Program-made: the position numbers and the translations under genes
In this document: positions 40,493 to 50,348 of the stretch, piece by piece
Layout of the letters: every line of letters begins with the position of its first letter
Numbering within the stretch: position 1 is the stretch's first letter
The notes under the pieces: generated by a model
What the model was told of the DNA's origin: nothing
Seen by the model: only the letters and a program-made list of their open reading frames with translations
Databases searched by the model: none
Source: Candidatus Latescibacterota bacterium
Lineage (GTDB): Bacteria > Latescibacterota > UBA2968
Assembly (NCBI GenBank): GCA_965198115.1
Contig: OZ240241.1
Location: forward strand, 6,368,001-6,432,000
DNA length: 64,000 bases
Reading direction: 5' to 3'

Positions 40493-41866
40493 GAGCTATA
40501 ATCAAAAGGTGTGGAAAAAGAGAAAGGGCGACCCTACCCTTCCCGTGAGATAGTTGATTCACACAAAACCGGGTGAGAGGCCCGGTTGGGAAGGAGGATC
40601 GCCGTGAAGGAACATACGCATAGAGCCCCATTGAAGTCCATGCCGACGTGGGAGACGGTTGACGATTGGATCCGTGAAGAGATCCAGGGCCGGTTCCAGT
40701 CCATTCTGGAGGAGGAGGCGACCGCGTTCTTGGGCCGGTCGTGGTATGAGCGCCGAGCCGAGGTCGATAGCTCCAGGGGCTACAGGAACGGCTACGGCAA
40801 GCCCCGGCGTCTCTCGACGAGCTGCGGAACGATCAAGGTCCGGCGTCCCCGGGTTCGTGGTCTGGAAGAGCGGTTTGAAAGCCGCATCCTCCCCCTGTTC
40901 GCCCGGAGAACCAGGGCCATTGGAGATCTGCTTCCCGACCTTTATCTCCACGGTCTCTCCCAGGGCGACTTCGAGTTGTCTTTGCGTGCGCTGCTCGGTG
41001 ATGGCGCGCCGCTTTCGCCGACCTCGATCGCTCGTCTTCGAGGGAAGTGGGAGGTCGACTTCCAGGACTGGAAAGAAAGGCGTCTGGATAATCGCGAACT
41101 GGTCTACGCCTGGGCTGATGGCATCTACGTCAAAGCCGGGCTCGAGCGCGAGAAGGCGTGTCTGCTGGTCGTGATCGGCGCGATGAGCGACGGCAGTAAG
41201 GAGATCCTGGCGATAGAACCCGGTTATCGAGAGTCTACAGAATCCTGGCTCACGGTGCTCCGGGATCTCCGGGATCGCGGGCTCGAACATCCTGTCCTGA
41301 TCGCCGCGGACGGGAATATGGGCATCTGGGCGGCCGTTGATCAGGTCTGGCCAGAGAGCCGGCAACAACGGTGCTGGAACCACAAGATCCTCAACGTGCT
41401 CGACAAGGTCGCCAAGCGTGCACAGGCTGAAGCCCGCGCACTGCTCGTCCAGATCCCCTATGCCGGCACGAAAAAGGAGGCCGAGAAGCTCCGGAAACGC
41501 TTTGCCGCACGGTATCGCTCACAGTTCCCTGCCGCCGTGGAGACGCTCGAAAGAGACTGGGATCGGATGGTCACGTTCTACGACTTCCCGAAGGAACACT
41601 GGAAACACCTGAGAACCACGAACGTCGTCGAGAGCCCCTTTGCTTCCGTTCGGCTTCGCACAAACGCCGCCAGGCGATTCAAGAAAGTCAGGAACGCCAC
41701 GGCTCTCATCTGGCGTACGCTCAAGGTCGCAGAGAGCCGATTCAGGAAACTCACCGCGCCACACTTGCTACAACAAGTCTACGATCAGAAACACTCAACC
41801 GGACCGCAGGTCGAAGCCGGGAAGATGGCCGCCTGATTTCTTTTACACACCTATTGACCTGAGCTC
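40493..41866 (+). mobile_element. IS256-family insertion sequence; transposase 40586-41836
   Basis: IRs GAGCT...TCAA.AGGTGTG; 8-bp duplication CTGGAGTT at 40485-40492 and 41867-41874; YRNGY, ADGIY, QRCWNH, RTTNVVES. Confidence 0.93.
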
Positions 41867-41918
41867 CTGGAGTTGCTTTTGCTCTCCCATACTTTTCCCA
41901 TCACAAAAACCACATGGC

Positions 41919-41957
41919 TCTTAACTGCTTAGTACCGAACTAGTACAAAAAGTTCGC
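41919..41957 (-). other. attI-like primary site downstream of the recombinase
   Basis: Minus strand: CGAACT-tttgtact-AGTTCG-GTACTAAGCA-GTTAAGA, followed by GCCATG as in other cassette starts; about 100 bp past the recombinase stop. Confidence 0.6.
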
Positions 41958-42042
41958 GCTCTGATCTCCGTGGCGCAAATGCCGTCGAAAGTGAGGGATC
42001 TGCGAAATGAGTTTCGCGAATGCTCCACTATGGTGATCGGAC

Positions 42043-42711
42043 TTAAGACGAACCGTCGTTCCCGTCCATCAGCTGATCAAGTGGGCTCCGGATCCGACCG
42101 ATATCGCGCTGGCTGACGTGTGTGTAGATCTCGGTCGTTCTGGAGCTTTCGTGGCCCAGGAGTTCCTGGATGTAGCGCAGGTCGGTACCGCCTTCGAGCA
42201 GATGGGTGGCAAACGAGTGACGCAAGGTATGTACGGATACCTGCTTGTCGATGCCCGCCTTCTCCTTGGCCCTCTGGAATACCTTCTGGACGGATCGTTC
42301 GTGGAGGTGCCGGCCATAACGCGCGCCGGGGAATAGCCACGTGCGTGGTCGGTACCGCCGCAGATATTCGCGTAGCGCCCCGAGGGCGAACTCCGAGAGC
42401 ATCGTATAGCGGTCCTTCCTCCGCTTCCCTTGTCGGACGAGGATCATCTTTCTGTCGATATCGATGTCTTCGCAACGCAGTCTGACAACCTCTCCGACCC
42501 GGAGCCCCGCAGAATAGGTGAGCAACACGATCGCTCTGTGTTTGACGTTGTCGATGGACTGAAGGATTCTCAGGGTCTCCTGCTGGCTGAGTACCCTGGG
42601 AAGCTTGTTTTCCTTCCGTGGCCGTGGCAGCCGCTCCAGCCGGTAGTTGCTCCGTAGCGCTCGATGATAGAGAAACTTGATGGCGCTGATACACTGGTTG
42701 ACGTAGGAGTG
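42043..42711 (-). pseudogene. Integron-integrase-like tyrosine recombinase, short form, 5'-truncated
   Basis: HSYVNQCISAIKFLY..RPRKENKLPRVLS..YSAGLRVGE..GKRRKDR..HTLRHSFATHLLEGGTDLRYIQELLGH..TTEIYTHV. R-K-H-R-H-Y intact; homology ends at about 42711 with an in-frame stop upstream. Confidence 0.85.
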
Positions 42712-43050
42712 CGGCCAACCAGGGAGCGGGTTGTGGTTCTGTCTGCGCCCCCATATGTACTGAGTTGGGGGCGGCTACTCGGTGGTGGTACCGAGCACCG
42801 AAGTCGGGACTTCGCCGAGAGGGTGAACGATCCCTCGATACAGCGGGACCGACGGGTGCGCATCCAATGAAACGTGCAAGCGAATGCCAAAGACCGCTTA
42901 CTCGGGATGAGCGGAATCGCTGTGCTGTACCCCACCTTCCTTCTGCTTCTCAGGCTGAACCCAAGTCCGTGCTCTGGATGTTTGACAATGGAGAGTGGGT
43001 GCTGTATTGTTTTCCCAACGTTTGAACACTTGTTCAAGTGAGGTGTCATC

Positions 43051-43407
43051 GTGTCGATCGACGTATGTGACATTCAGACCGTGGACGAGGCCCGTGTCGA
43101 AAGTGCGAGGCGGTCTTCTCCGTCCGTCACCCAGTATCAGACTCTGGCGGATACCTTTAAAGTTTTGAGCCATTCGACGCGGCTCAAGATTCTACACGCG
43201 CTTTCGCGGGACGAGTTCTGTGTCTGCGATCTGGCAGCGCTACTGGAGACGTCCGTTTCAGCCGTGAGCCACCAGCTGCGAATGATGCGGGCACTTCGTC
43301 TGGTTCGTAGTCGTCGCGAGGGGAAGCTCGTCTACTATGCTTTGGATGACGATCACGTGCGGCAACTTTATGCCGCCGGACTCGATCACGTGATGGAGGA
43401 GTCGTGA
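43051..43407 (+). CDS. ArsR/SmtB-family metal-sensing repressor (CadC/SmtB-like)
   Basis: FKVLSHSTRLKIL, EFCVCDLA, SAVSHQLR, YYALDDDHV. Confidence 0.9.
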   Translation: MSIDVCDIQTVDEARVESARRSSPSVTQYQTLADTFKVLSHSTRLKILHALSRDEFCVCDLAALLETSVSAVSHQLRMMRALRLVRSRREGKLVYYALDDDHVRQLYAAGLDHVMEES

Positions 43408-45548
43408 TGAATCAAGAACTTCATCTCGAGATCGAGGGAATGGACTGCCCCGGTTGTGTGGCGACGGTCGAGCGCGCCCTGACACACGTCCCCGGAGTCG
43501 TTTCGGCGAACGTGGCGCTGGTGACCTCGAGTGCGCGAGTGACGATCGAGCCGGCGTGCGAGGGGCGAGAGGCGCTGGTGTCGGCGGTGCGCGAAGCCGG
43601 CTACGGCGTGGCTGAGGAAGACGATGATGGCCATTGTGATGACGACCATCGCAGGGGTGTGAGGTGGCGAGGTCCTCGGAGCCTGACTGTTGTTTCGGGG
43701 ATTTTCTTCTTTGCGGGACTTGCGGGACAGTGGATCGGACTGGCGTGGGCCGTGGGCCCCTCGACTACGCTCGGGACAGGCTCTTGGCTGTGGGCGGATC
43801 TCTTGCTGCTGGCTGCTGCGACGGTGGGAGCAGTGGGTTTTCTACCTGCGGGGATACGAGCGACATTCCGGTTATCGTTGGATATGAACTTTTTGATGTC
43901 GGCGGCCATTATCGGGGCCGTGTGTATTGGGGAGTATGTCGAAGCGGCGGCGATTGCCTTTCTGTTCTCCCTGGCCGAGCTGCTGGAGGGTTACGCGGTC
44001 GATCGGGCACGACGCTCGATCGAGACGTTGATGTCGGTCGCACCGGATACAGCGACGGTTCAGCGAGATGGGCAGGAGGTTGTCGTGCCGGCCGAGGAGG
44101 TTGTTCCCGGTGATTGCGTGGTCGTTCGGCCCGGGGATCGGCTGGCCGTGGATGGTCGTGTGACGAATGGCGTCTCCGCGGTCGACGAGGCTGCGATCAC
44201 GGGTGAGTCGATGCCGGTGTCGAAGCAAATTGATGACGATGTGTTCGCGGGCACGATCAACCGGGAAGGTTATCTTGAAATCGAAGCGACGCGTCCGGCG
44301 TCCGAGAGTACACTCGCGCGAATCGTTTCGTTAATCGAAGAGGCGGAGAGCAATCGGGCGCCGAGCGAACGGTTCGTTCAACGGTTCTCGAAGATTTACA
44401 CGCCGGCGGTAACGGTCGCCGCGGTTCTGGTGACGGCGATTCCCACGCTGATATTCGGTGGCGACTTCGATTTATGGTTCCTGCGCGGACTGACGTTGCT
44501 GGTGATCGCCTGTCCGTGCGCGCTCGTGATTTCGACGCCGGTTGCGGTGGTGAGTGCGATTACGAGTGCCGCACGCCACGGCGTGTTGATCAAGGGCGGG
44601 TCGTTTCTGGAGGCGCTGGGAAGTACGAAGGTCGTCGCTTTCGACAAGACGGGCACGCTGACACAGGGGGAACCGAAGGTCACGGAGGTTGTCGCTTTCA
44701 ACGGTCGAACACGGGATGAAGTGATGATGGTTTCAGCGGCCCTCGAGCGCCACTCACGCCATCCTGTCGCGGAAGCGATCGTTTCACACGCAGGCGAACA
44801 GGAGCTTCCGGGCGTAGATACGTTCGAGTCGGTGACGGGTCTGGGCGTCCAGGGACGGGTTGGGAATGTCGTGTATAGAGTGGGTCGTGCCGAGATGTTC
44901 GATTTAGAGATTCCCGAACGGTTCGATACCCTTCGCGCAGATTCCCGCACCTCGGTACTCGTAGGGACGGAGTCGGAGATCGTCGGTGCGATCGTTGTGG
45001 AGGATACGGTTCGCCCATCTGCGAGAGAGACAGTCGGGGCACTAAAAGCGTTGGGCATTCGGACGGTGATGCTGACGGGCGACGATCCGGCGACGGCTGA
45101 ACGGATTGCCGAGTCGGTCGGTGTCGACGCGTGGCACGCCGAGCTCATGCCGGAGGACAAAGTGTCGCTTGTCGAGACGCTCGAGCAGGACTACGGTCAG
45201 GTAGCGATGGTCGGGGATGGCGTGAATGACGCTCCAGCCCTCGCTGCCGCGACGGTGGGTATCGCGATGGGGGCCCGCGGGACGGACACGGCGATCGAAA
45301 CTGCGGATGTCGCTTTGATGGGCGACGATCTGACGAAGATGCCGTATCTAATGCGCCTGTCCCGCTCCTCACGGGGCGTGATCCGGCAGAACGTCATTGC
45401 GTCGATTATCGTTAAAGTAGGCCTTGCCATAGGCGTTGTTCCGGGCTTCGTCTCGCTCGTGGTGGCCGTGTTGGCGGGCGATGTGGGGACTTCGTTGGGG
45501 GTGACGACGAATGCTTTGCGGTTGGCCGGGGTAAAACCCAAAGTCTGA
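43404..45548 (+). CDS. cadA: Heavy-metal-translocating P1B-type ATPase (Cd/Zn/Pb, CadA/ZntA-like)
   Basis: GMDCPGC HMA domain, TGES, CPCALVIS, DKTGT, HP, GDGVNDAP. Confidence 0.9.
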   Translation: MMNQELHLEIEGMDCPGCVATVERALTHVPGVVSANVALVTSSARVTIEPACEGREALVSAVREAGYGVAEEDDDGHCDDDHRRGVRWRGPRSLTVVSGIFFFAGLAGQWIGLAWAVGPSTTLGTGSWLWADLLLLAAATVGAVGFLPAGIRATFRLSLDMNFLMSAAIIGAVCIGEYVEAAAIAFLFSLAELLEGYAVDRARRSIETLMSVAPDTATVQRDGQEVVVPAEEVVPGDCVVVRPGDRLAVDGRVTNGVSAVDEAAITGESMPVSKQIDDDVFAGTINREGYLEIEATRPASESTLARIVSLIEEAESNRAPSERFVQRFSKIYTPAVTVAAVLVTAIPTLIFGGDFDLWFLRGLTLLVIACPCALVISTPVAVVSAITSAARHGVLIKGGSFLEALGSTKVVAFDKTGTLTQGEPKVTEVVAFNGRTRDEVMMVSAALERHSRHPVAEAIVSHAGEQELPGVDTFESVTGLGVQGRVGNVVYRVGRAEMFDLEIPERFDTLRADSRTSVLVGTESEIVGAIVVEDTVRPSARETVGALKALGIRTVMLTGDDPATAERIAESVGVDAWHAELMPEDKVSLVETLEQDYGQVAMVGDGVNDAPALAAATVGIAMGARGTDTAIETADVALMGDDLTKMPYLMRLSRSSRGVIRQNVIASIIVKVGLAIGVVPGFVSLVVAVLAGDVGTSLGVTTNALRLAGVKPKV

Positions 45549-45572
45549 ACACGAAGACGCGAAGGAAGTAGG

Positions 45573-46328
45573 ATGGATGTTTTGATGAGTATGGCGGGGG
45601 CGGGGTTGGCGGTGTCGTTTCTTCACGCGATTCTGCCGAATCACTGGTTGCCATTCGTGCTGGCTGGACGAGCCCAGCGTTGGTCCGATAGAAAGACGTT
45701 GTCGGTCGTGGTGGTTGCAGGCGGTGGTCACGTTCTGATGACGGCCCTACTCGGTGTTCTGATTGTTTCGCTGGGGATGGCCGTTTCGCATTTTGTGGAG
45801 GAGTGGTCTGCCTTGCTTGCAGGAAGCATTCTGATTGCGTTCGGTCTCTACTATGGCGTTCGCCATTTTCGAGGCAAGGGGCACGGTCATATCCATCTTT
45901 TTGGCACTCATTCGGATGACCACGGCCACGACCAATCTGATTCGGGCGGTGACGAACACGACCATTCGGGTCATGACCACGATCACCATCACGAGGGGCC
46001 AGATCACGGCCACGTGCACCGCCACCGGTTAGATGCCGCGGATGCGGTGCCTGTTTTATCGCTGATTGCGATGCTCACGTTCTCTCCGTGTGAAGGGTTT
46101 CTACCGATCTACCTGACGGCGTGGCCGCACGGGTGGGTGGCGTTTGGGGTGCTGTCGATCGTGCTCGCCATCGGCACACTGGTCGGAATGATCGTGTTCA
46201 CGTGGTTGACGATGCGTGGGTTGGAACGCGTGTCGTTTCCATCGCTGGAGAAGTATGAGGGACTGGTCCTGGCGACCGTTCTCATTCTGTTGGGCGTTGG
46301 GGTGATGGTGATTCACGAACACGCTTGA
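45573..46328 (+). CDS. His-rich Ni/Co transporter-like membrane protein
   Basis: LHAILPNHW, His/Asp-rich loop, SPCE. Confidence 0.75.
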   Translation: MDVLMSMAGAGLAVSFLHAILPNHWLPFVLAGRAQRWSDRKTLSVVVVAGGGHVLMTALLGVLIVSLGMAVSHFVEEWSALLAGSILIAFGLYYGVRHFRGKGHGHIHLFGTHSDDHGHDQSDSGGDEHDHSGHDHDHHHEGPDHGHVHRHRLDAADAVPVLSLIAMLTFSPCEGFLPIYLTAWPHGWVAFGVLSIVLAIGTLVGMIVFTWLTMRGLERVSFPSLEKYEGLVLATVLILLGVGVMVIHEHA

Positions 46329-46369
46329 GATTGAGGATCGAGAATTGAAGGGCGAGAGGCGGTCATTGC

Positions 46370-47237
46370 GTGTTTGAGTATAAACCCCTTCCGAAATCGG
46401 ATATCGAACACTTCGATCGGAAGGGGTATCTGATTGTCCGAGGCGTGTTGGATGCGACGACGATCGAGTCTTTGATCGAAGCGGGAGACCGATTACTGGC
46501 GAGCGAACTTCGGACTGGACGTCAGCAGGCAGAGGATGGACTCTACGATGGCTTTCGGAATACGATCGCCTTGGATGACGCGTTTATTCCGTTGATCGAT
46601 AATCCCGGGATCCTGCCGGTCGTTATTCAGCTGTTGGGCGCAAGCCTGCAAGTGATGACTTCCCACCTGATTTACAAGCAACCCGACCCCCCAGGAACAC
46701 CCGATACGCACCGCCGACCGGGATGGCATCGAGACTACGCGATGGCGATGGACGATATGGGCCATCGCGCGATTCCTCGCCTGCTCGTGAAGTGCGCGTA
46801 TTACTTGACGGATTTGAGCGAGCCATCGCGCGGGGCTACGATGGTTACGCCTGGTAGTCATCTGCGTACAGGCAAACCGGAAATCCAGGACGATGCGGCC
46901 GATCCGGAAGGTGCGGTGGAACCACGGCTGAACCCGGGTGACGTTCTGATTTTCGAGAATCGGACCTTCCACGCCGGGGCGATGCACCGTGGACAGGATA
47001 CGTGAAAGGCAATTATGGTCGGCTACGGATACCGGTGGGTGTTACCGATGGACTATCGATCGCAGTCGCCCGAGTTCATTGAGAAGCTGAGCCACTACAC
47101 GTTTTTTGGTGGGTGAGGAATACGAGGATGTGGCGGAGTTCCAGGTGCACGGAGGGCGGAATCCGTTGATGGAATGGTGTGAGGAGCACGGGGTTCCGGC
47201 GGCACGGCATCCTGTGGTGCAGTACATCGAGAATTGA
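46370..47237 (+). CDS. PhyH-family dioxygenase (in-frame TGA at 47003 and frameshift near 47095; possible pseudogene)
   Basis: GWHRD, YYLTDL, PGSH, FENRTFHAG; continues DT*KAIMVGYGYRW. Confidence 0.75.
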
Positions 47238-47463
47238 AGATCGAGATCGAATATTGAAAGACGGGCGAGGCCCTTCGGGATGATGGAGATCCTGGAGGGC
47301 CGTTTCATTGAGGATCGATCCGGCCTTCGCTAACCGCCGCCGCCGAGCTACGGTGCTCAGCAAGATTCAGCGGACAGGAGATCGGAACATCGAGAATTGG
47401 ATTCGGTTAGGGCAATGGCGCGACCTGGCCGTCCTTCGACTCCGCTCAGGATGACCAGACGTG

Positions 47464-48897
47464 TCAGACCAAGCACCAATCGTACATACCAGGGCCGGTG
47501 TGCTGGACCATTTCGCTGATGAGGTGGCGGAGGTGGGTGACTCTTTCGGCTTGGTCAGAAGATTGAGCGAGGTTGGTCATTTCGTCGGGATCCGACTCCA
47601 GGTCGTAGAGCTCGTCGATGTCGGTGCGGTTCCAGTTGAATTTCCACGATCCCTCACGAACCATTACTCGAGCGGCCAGGTCCTCGTGCGCAGTGGAACG
47701 GTCGTTGATGCCGTCACTCGTGGCGACTTCGGAGAAGACAGGTATTGCGTCCGGCTGCTCCCCGTTCTCAATTGCACGAGCAACGCTGCGACCGTCGATC
47801 GGATGTTCGAAGGAGAGACCGCACAACTCGAGCAGGGTGGGCGGGAGGTCGATGCCGCCGAAGGGCGCTGTGACGCGGTGTCCGGCTGGTAACCCTCCCG
47901 GCCAGGTCACGAGACAAGGGACACGGGAGGAGGCTTCGAAGAAATTACGCTTGGTCGTGGTCTGATGGTCCCCCAACATCTCGCCGTGGTCGCTGATGAA
48001 CGCGAGAATGGTGTCTTCGGCGAGTCCTTCACGTTCCGGTCGGCCCACGAGTCGTCCGACTTGTGTGTCGATGTGCGTGACGAGGGCGTAGTAATGGGCG
48101 ACCATTTCCCGAAAGAGGTCTTCGTCGACGTCGTCGGGTAAACGGCCGCTTTCGTTCAGCAGCCAGGCAGGTCTGCCGCTCAAATCGTCCTTGAAGGTGG
48201 AGGACAGTTCGATGTCGTCGATGGGATACTCGTCGACCCACTCCTGCATCACGGCGACGAGCGGATGCGGATCCTTGACGCTCAAGAAGAGGAAGAACGG
48301 GCGATCGTCCTTCGTGTCTAGAAACTCGAGACCTTGTTCGATGGTCCACGTCGTTCGCTGCTGGCGCGGATCTTCGATTGCCGTGTATTGCAGACCACAG
48401 CGCTTGATGTTGGGATGACTGCTTTCATTCTCGTAGATGTTGGTGACGCCCTCACGATCGAAGTAATCGAACAGGATGTCGGGGTGATCACCCTGGTAAC
48501 GATAGACGTGCCAGAATTCCTCGAACCCGTGCTGCGGGATATGGTCGTGGCCGAGGTGCCAGGGGCCGGCGATGCCGCATCGGTAACCATTCGCGTTGAA
48601 GACATCGCCGAGGGTGACGGCATCGGGCCGAATCACGGCCATCTTTTCGGGTTCGAGCCGGGCCGGGCCATAGTTTGCCAGCTGCTGATGAAAGTGCGGA
48701 TAGGTACCGGTGAGCCAGGAAGCACGCGCCGGAGAGCAGACGGGGGATGGGCAATAGGTCGTTTCGAAGACGACACCTCGTTCCGCCAGTCGATCGAGAT
48801 GTGGTGTCTTGACGAGAGGGTGGCCGGCGTAGCCCAAACAGTCGTAGCGTAGCTGGTCGCACATGATAAAGATGACGTTTGGGGAATCGTCAGTCAC
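47464..48897 (-). CDS. Sulfatase (Cys-type)
   Basis: PNVIFIMCDQLR, CSPARAS, SDHGEMLGDH, ELYDLESDP.E..NL. Confidence 0.9.
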   Translation of the reverse strand: MTDDSPNVIFIMCDQLRYDCLGYAGHPLVKTPHLDRLAERGVVFETTYCPSPVCSPARASWLTGTYPHFHQQLANYGPARLEPEKMAVIRPDAVTLGDVFNANGYRCGIAGPWHLGHDHIPQHGFEEFWHVYRYQGDHPDILFDYFDREGVTNIYENESSHPNIKRCGLQYTAIEDPRQQRTTWTIEQGLEFLDTKDDRPFFLFLSVKDPHPLVAVMQEWVDEYPIDDIELSSTFKDDLSGRPAWLLNESGRLPDDVDEDLFREMVAHYYALVTHIDTQVGRLVGRPEREGLAEDTILAFISDHGEMLGDHQTTTKRNFFEASSRVPCLVTWPGGLPAGHRVTAPFGGIDLPPTLLELCGLSFEHPIDGRSVARAIENGEQPDAIPVFSEVATSDGINDRSTAHEDLAARVMVREGSWKFNWNRTDIDELYDLESDPDEMTNLAQSSDQAERVTHLRHLISEMVQHTGPGMYDWCLV

Positions 48898-48940
48898 AGG
48901 ATGACCCTCTATGCAGGGTGATGAAGAGTGGAGAGACTTA

Positions 48941-50234
48941 GGGTTTGCCACGAAATAAGTGCTGCACTTTTCAAGGTAATGATCTTACGCTCGGAGTGTG
49001 GACGTCGAAACTCTCCGAACGAAGTATGAAGCCTTGGCTCCGGTGCTGACGGAACGCACGCGTCGTCTGTGGGCCGCCACGGAAGCCGAAGCGTTGGGTC
49101 ACGGTGGGATCGCGATTGTGGCTCTGGCGACAGGAATGTCCAGAGAGCGGATCTTTCGTGGCATTCAGGAGTTGAGGTCGGACGAACCTTTGGACCCGGC
49201 TCGCATCCGGCGTCCAGGCGGCGGTCGTAAGCGGAAGGCCGACACGGACCCGACGCTGTGGCAGGACCTGAATGATCTGGTCGAGCCAACGACTGCGGGG
49301 TCGCCTGACGACAATCCTCTGAGATGGACATCGAAGAGCACTCGCAAACTGGCCGCCGAGTTGCAAGCGATGGGGCATTCGGTGAGCCCCAGGATCGTTG
49401 CCAATCTCCTGCACGAACACGATTACACGCTGCAGGCGAATCGGAAGACAAGGGAGGGATCTGCACACCCGGATCGGGACGCTCAGTTCGTTTACCTCGA
49501 TGATCGGATTAGCCAGCAGCAGCAGCAGGGCCTTCCCGTTATCTCGGTGGACACCAAGAAGAAAGAGTTGATCGGCGACTTCAAGAATCCTGGCCGAGAA
49601 TGGCGACCCAAGGGAGACCCGGAGCATGTGAAGGTACACGATTTCATAGTGCCTGCTCAGGGCAAGGCGATCCCTTATGGAGTGTATGATCTGAGCCGTG
49701 ATGAAGGCTGGGTAAGTGTCGGTATCGATCACGACACGGCCAGCTTCGCCGTGAATGCGATCCGAAGTTGGTGGAAGAACATGGGACGGCCCGCCTACGG
49801 CACTTCGACGCATCTGCTAATCACGGCGGACGCAGGCGGCAGCAACGGCGCCAAGACGCGGCTGTGGAAGTGGGAGCTGCAGCGCTTTGCGAATCGCACT
49901 GGCCTGACGATCACCGTATGCCACTACCCTCCTGGCACTAGTAAGTGGAACAAGATCGAACATCGCCTGTTCTCCTTCATCGCTATGAACTGGCGAGGCA
50001 AGCCCCTGGTCAGCCTGGCTGCAACCGTGAATCTCATTGCCGGAACGACCACTCAAGCCGGTCTCCGAGTACGCTCCGAGATCGACAAGCGACCCTACCC
50101 TAACGGGGTCAAGGTGACCGATGAACAGATGACCCAAATCGATCTCACTCCGCACGATTTCCACGGCGACTGGAACTACACGATCCGGCCAATGGCTCAA
50201 CATTGAGATCGACCGTTTATTTATTCGCGAACCC
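48941..50234 (+). mobile_element. ISAzo13-family element, copy B; transposase 48998-50206
   Basis: Inverted, near-identical copy of 28716-30008 (one R/H difference in the protein); flanks TTA / TAA. Confidence 0.92.
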
Positions 50235-50348
50235 TAAGGTTCACGTCCATTTGCCGAATGATGAAGTAACGCATGGTTGGACAGGTCCTCTTCGAGGTCG
50301 GTCCCCGGACGTTCATCGGTAGCGAAGTGGGCGGATACTACCCGACCC

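Noticed and set aside
47003-47005. TGA in the PhyH gene as selenocysteine
   Set aside because: The position corresponds to the conserved Arg after the distal His (CGA to TGA), so it is a nonsense change or an error.
47369-47400. Reverse copy of the 55-bp repeat (GCGGACAGGA)
   Set aside because: Only 10 bp match and the similarity does not continue.
47225-47460. GAGAATTGA-type short repeats and the CCTTCGACTCCGCTCAGGATGAC palindrome as a novel element
   Set aside because: They look like ordinary REP-like intergenic sequence between convergent genes, and are too short and irregular to support more.
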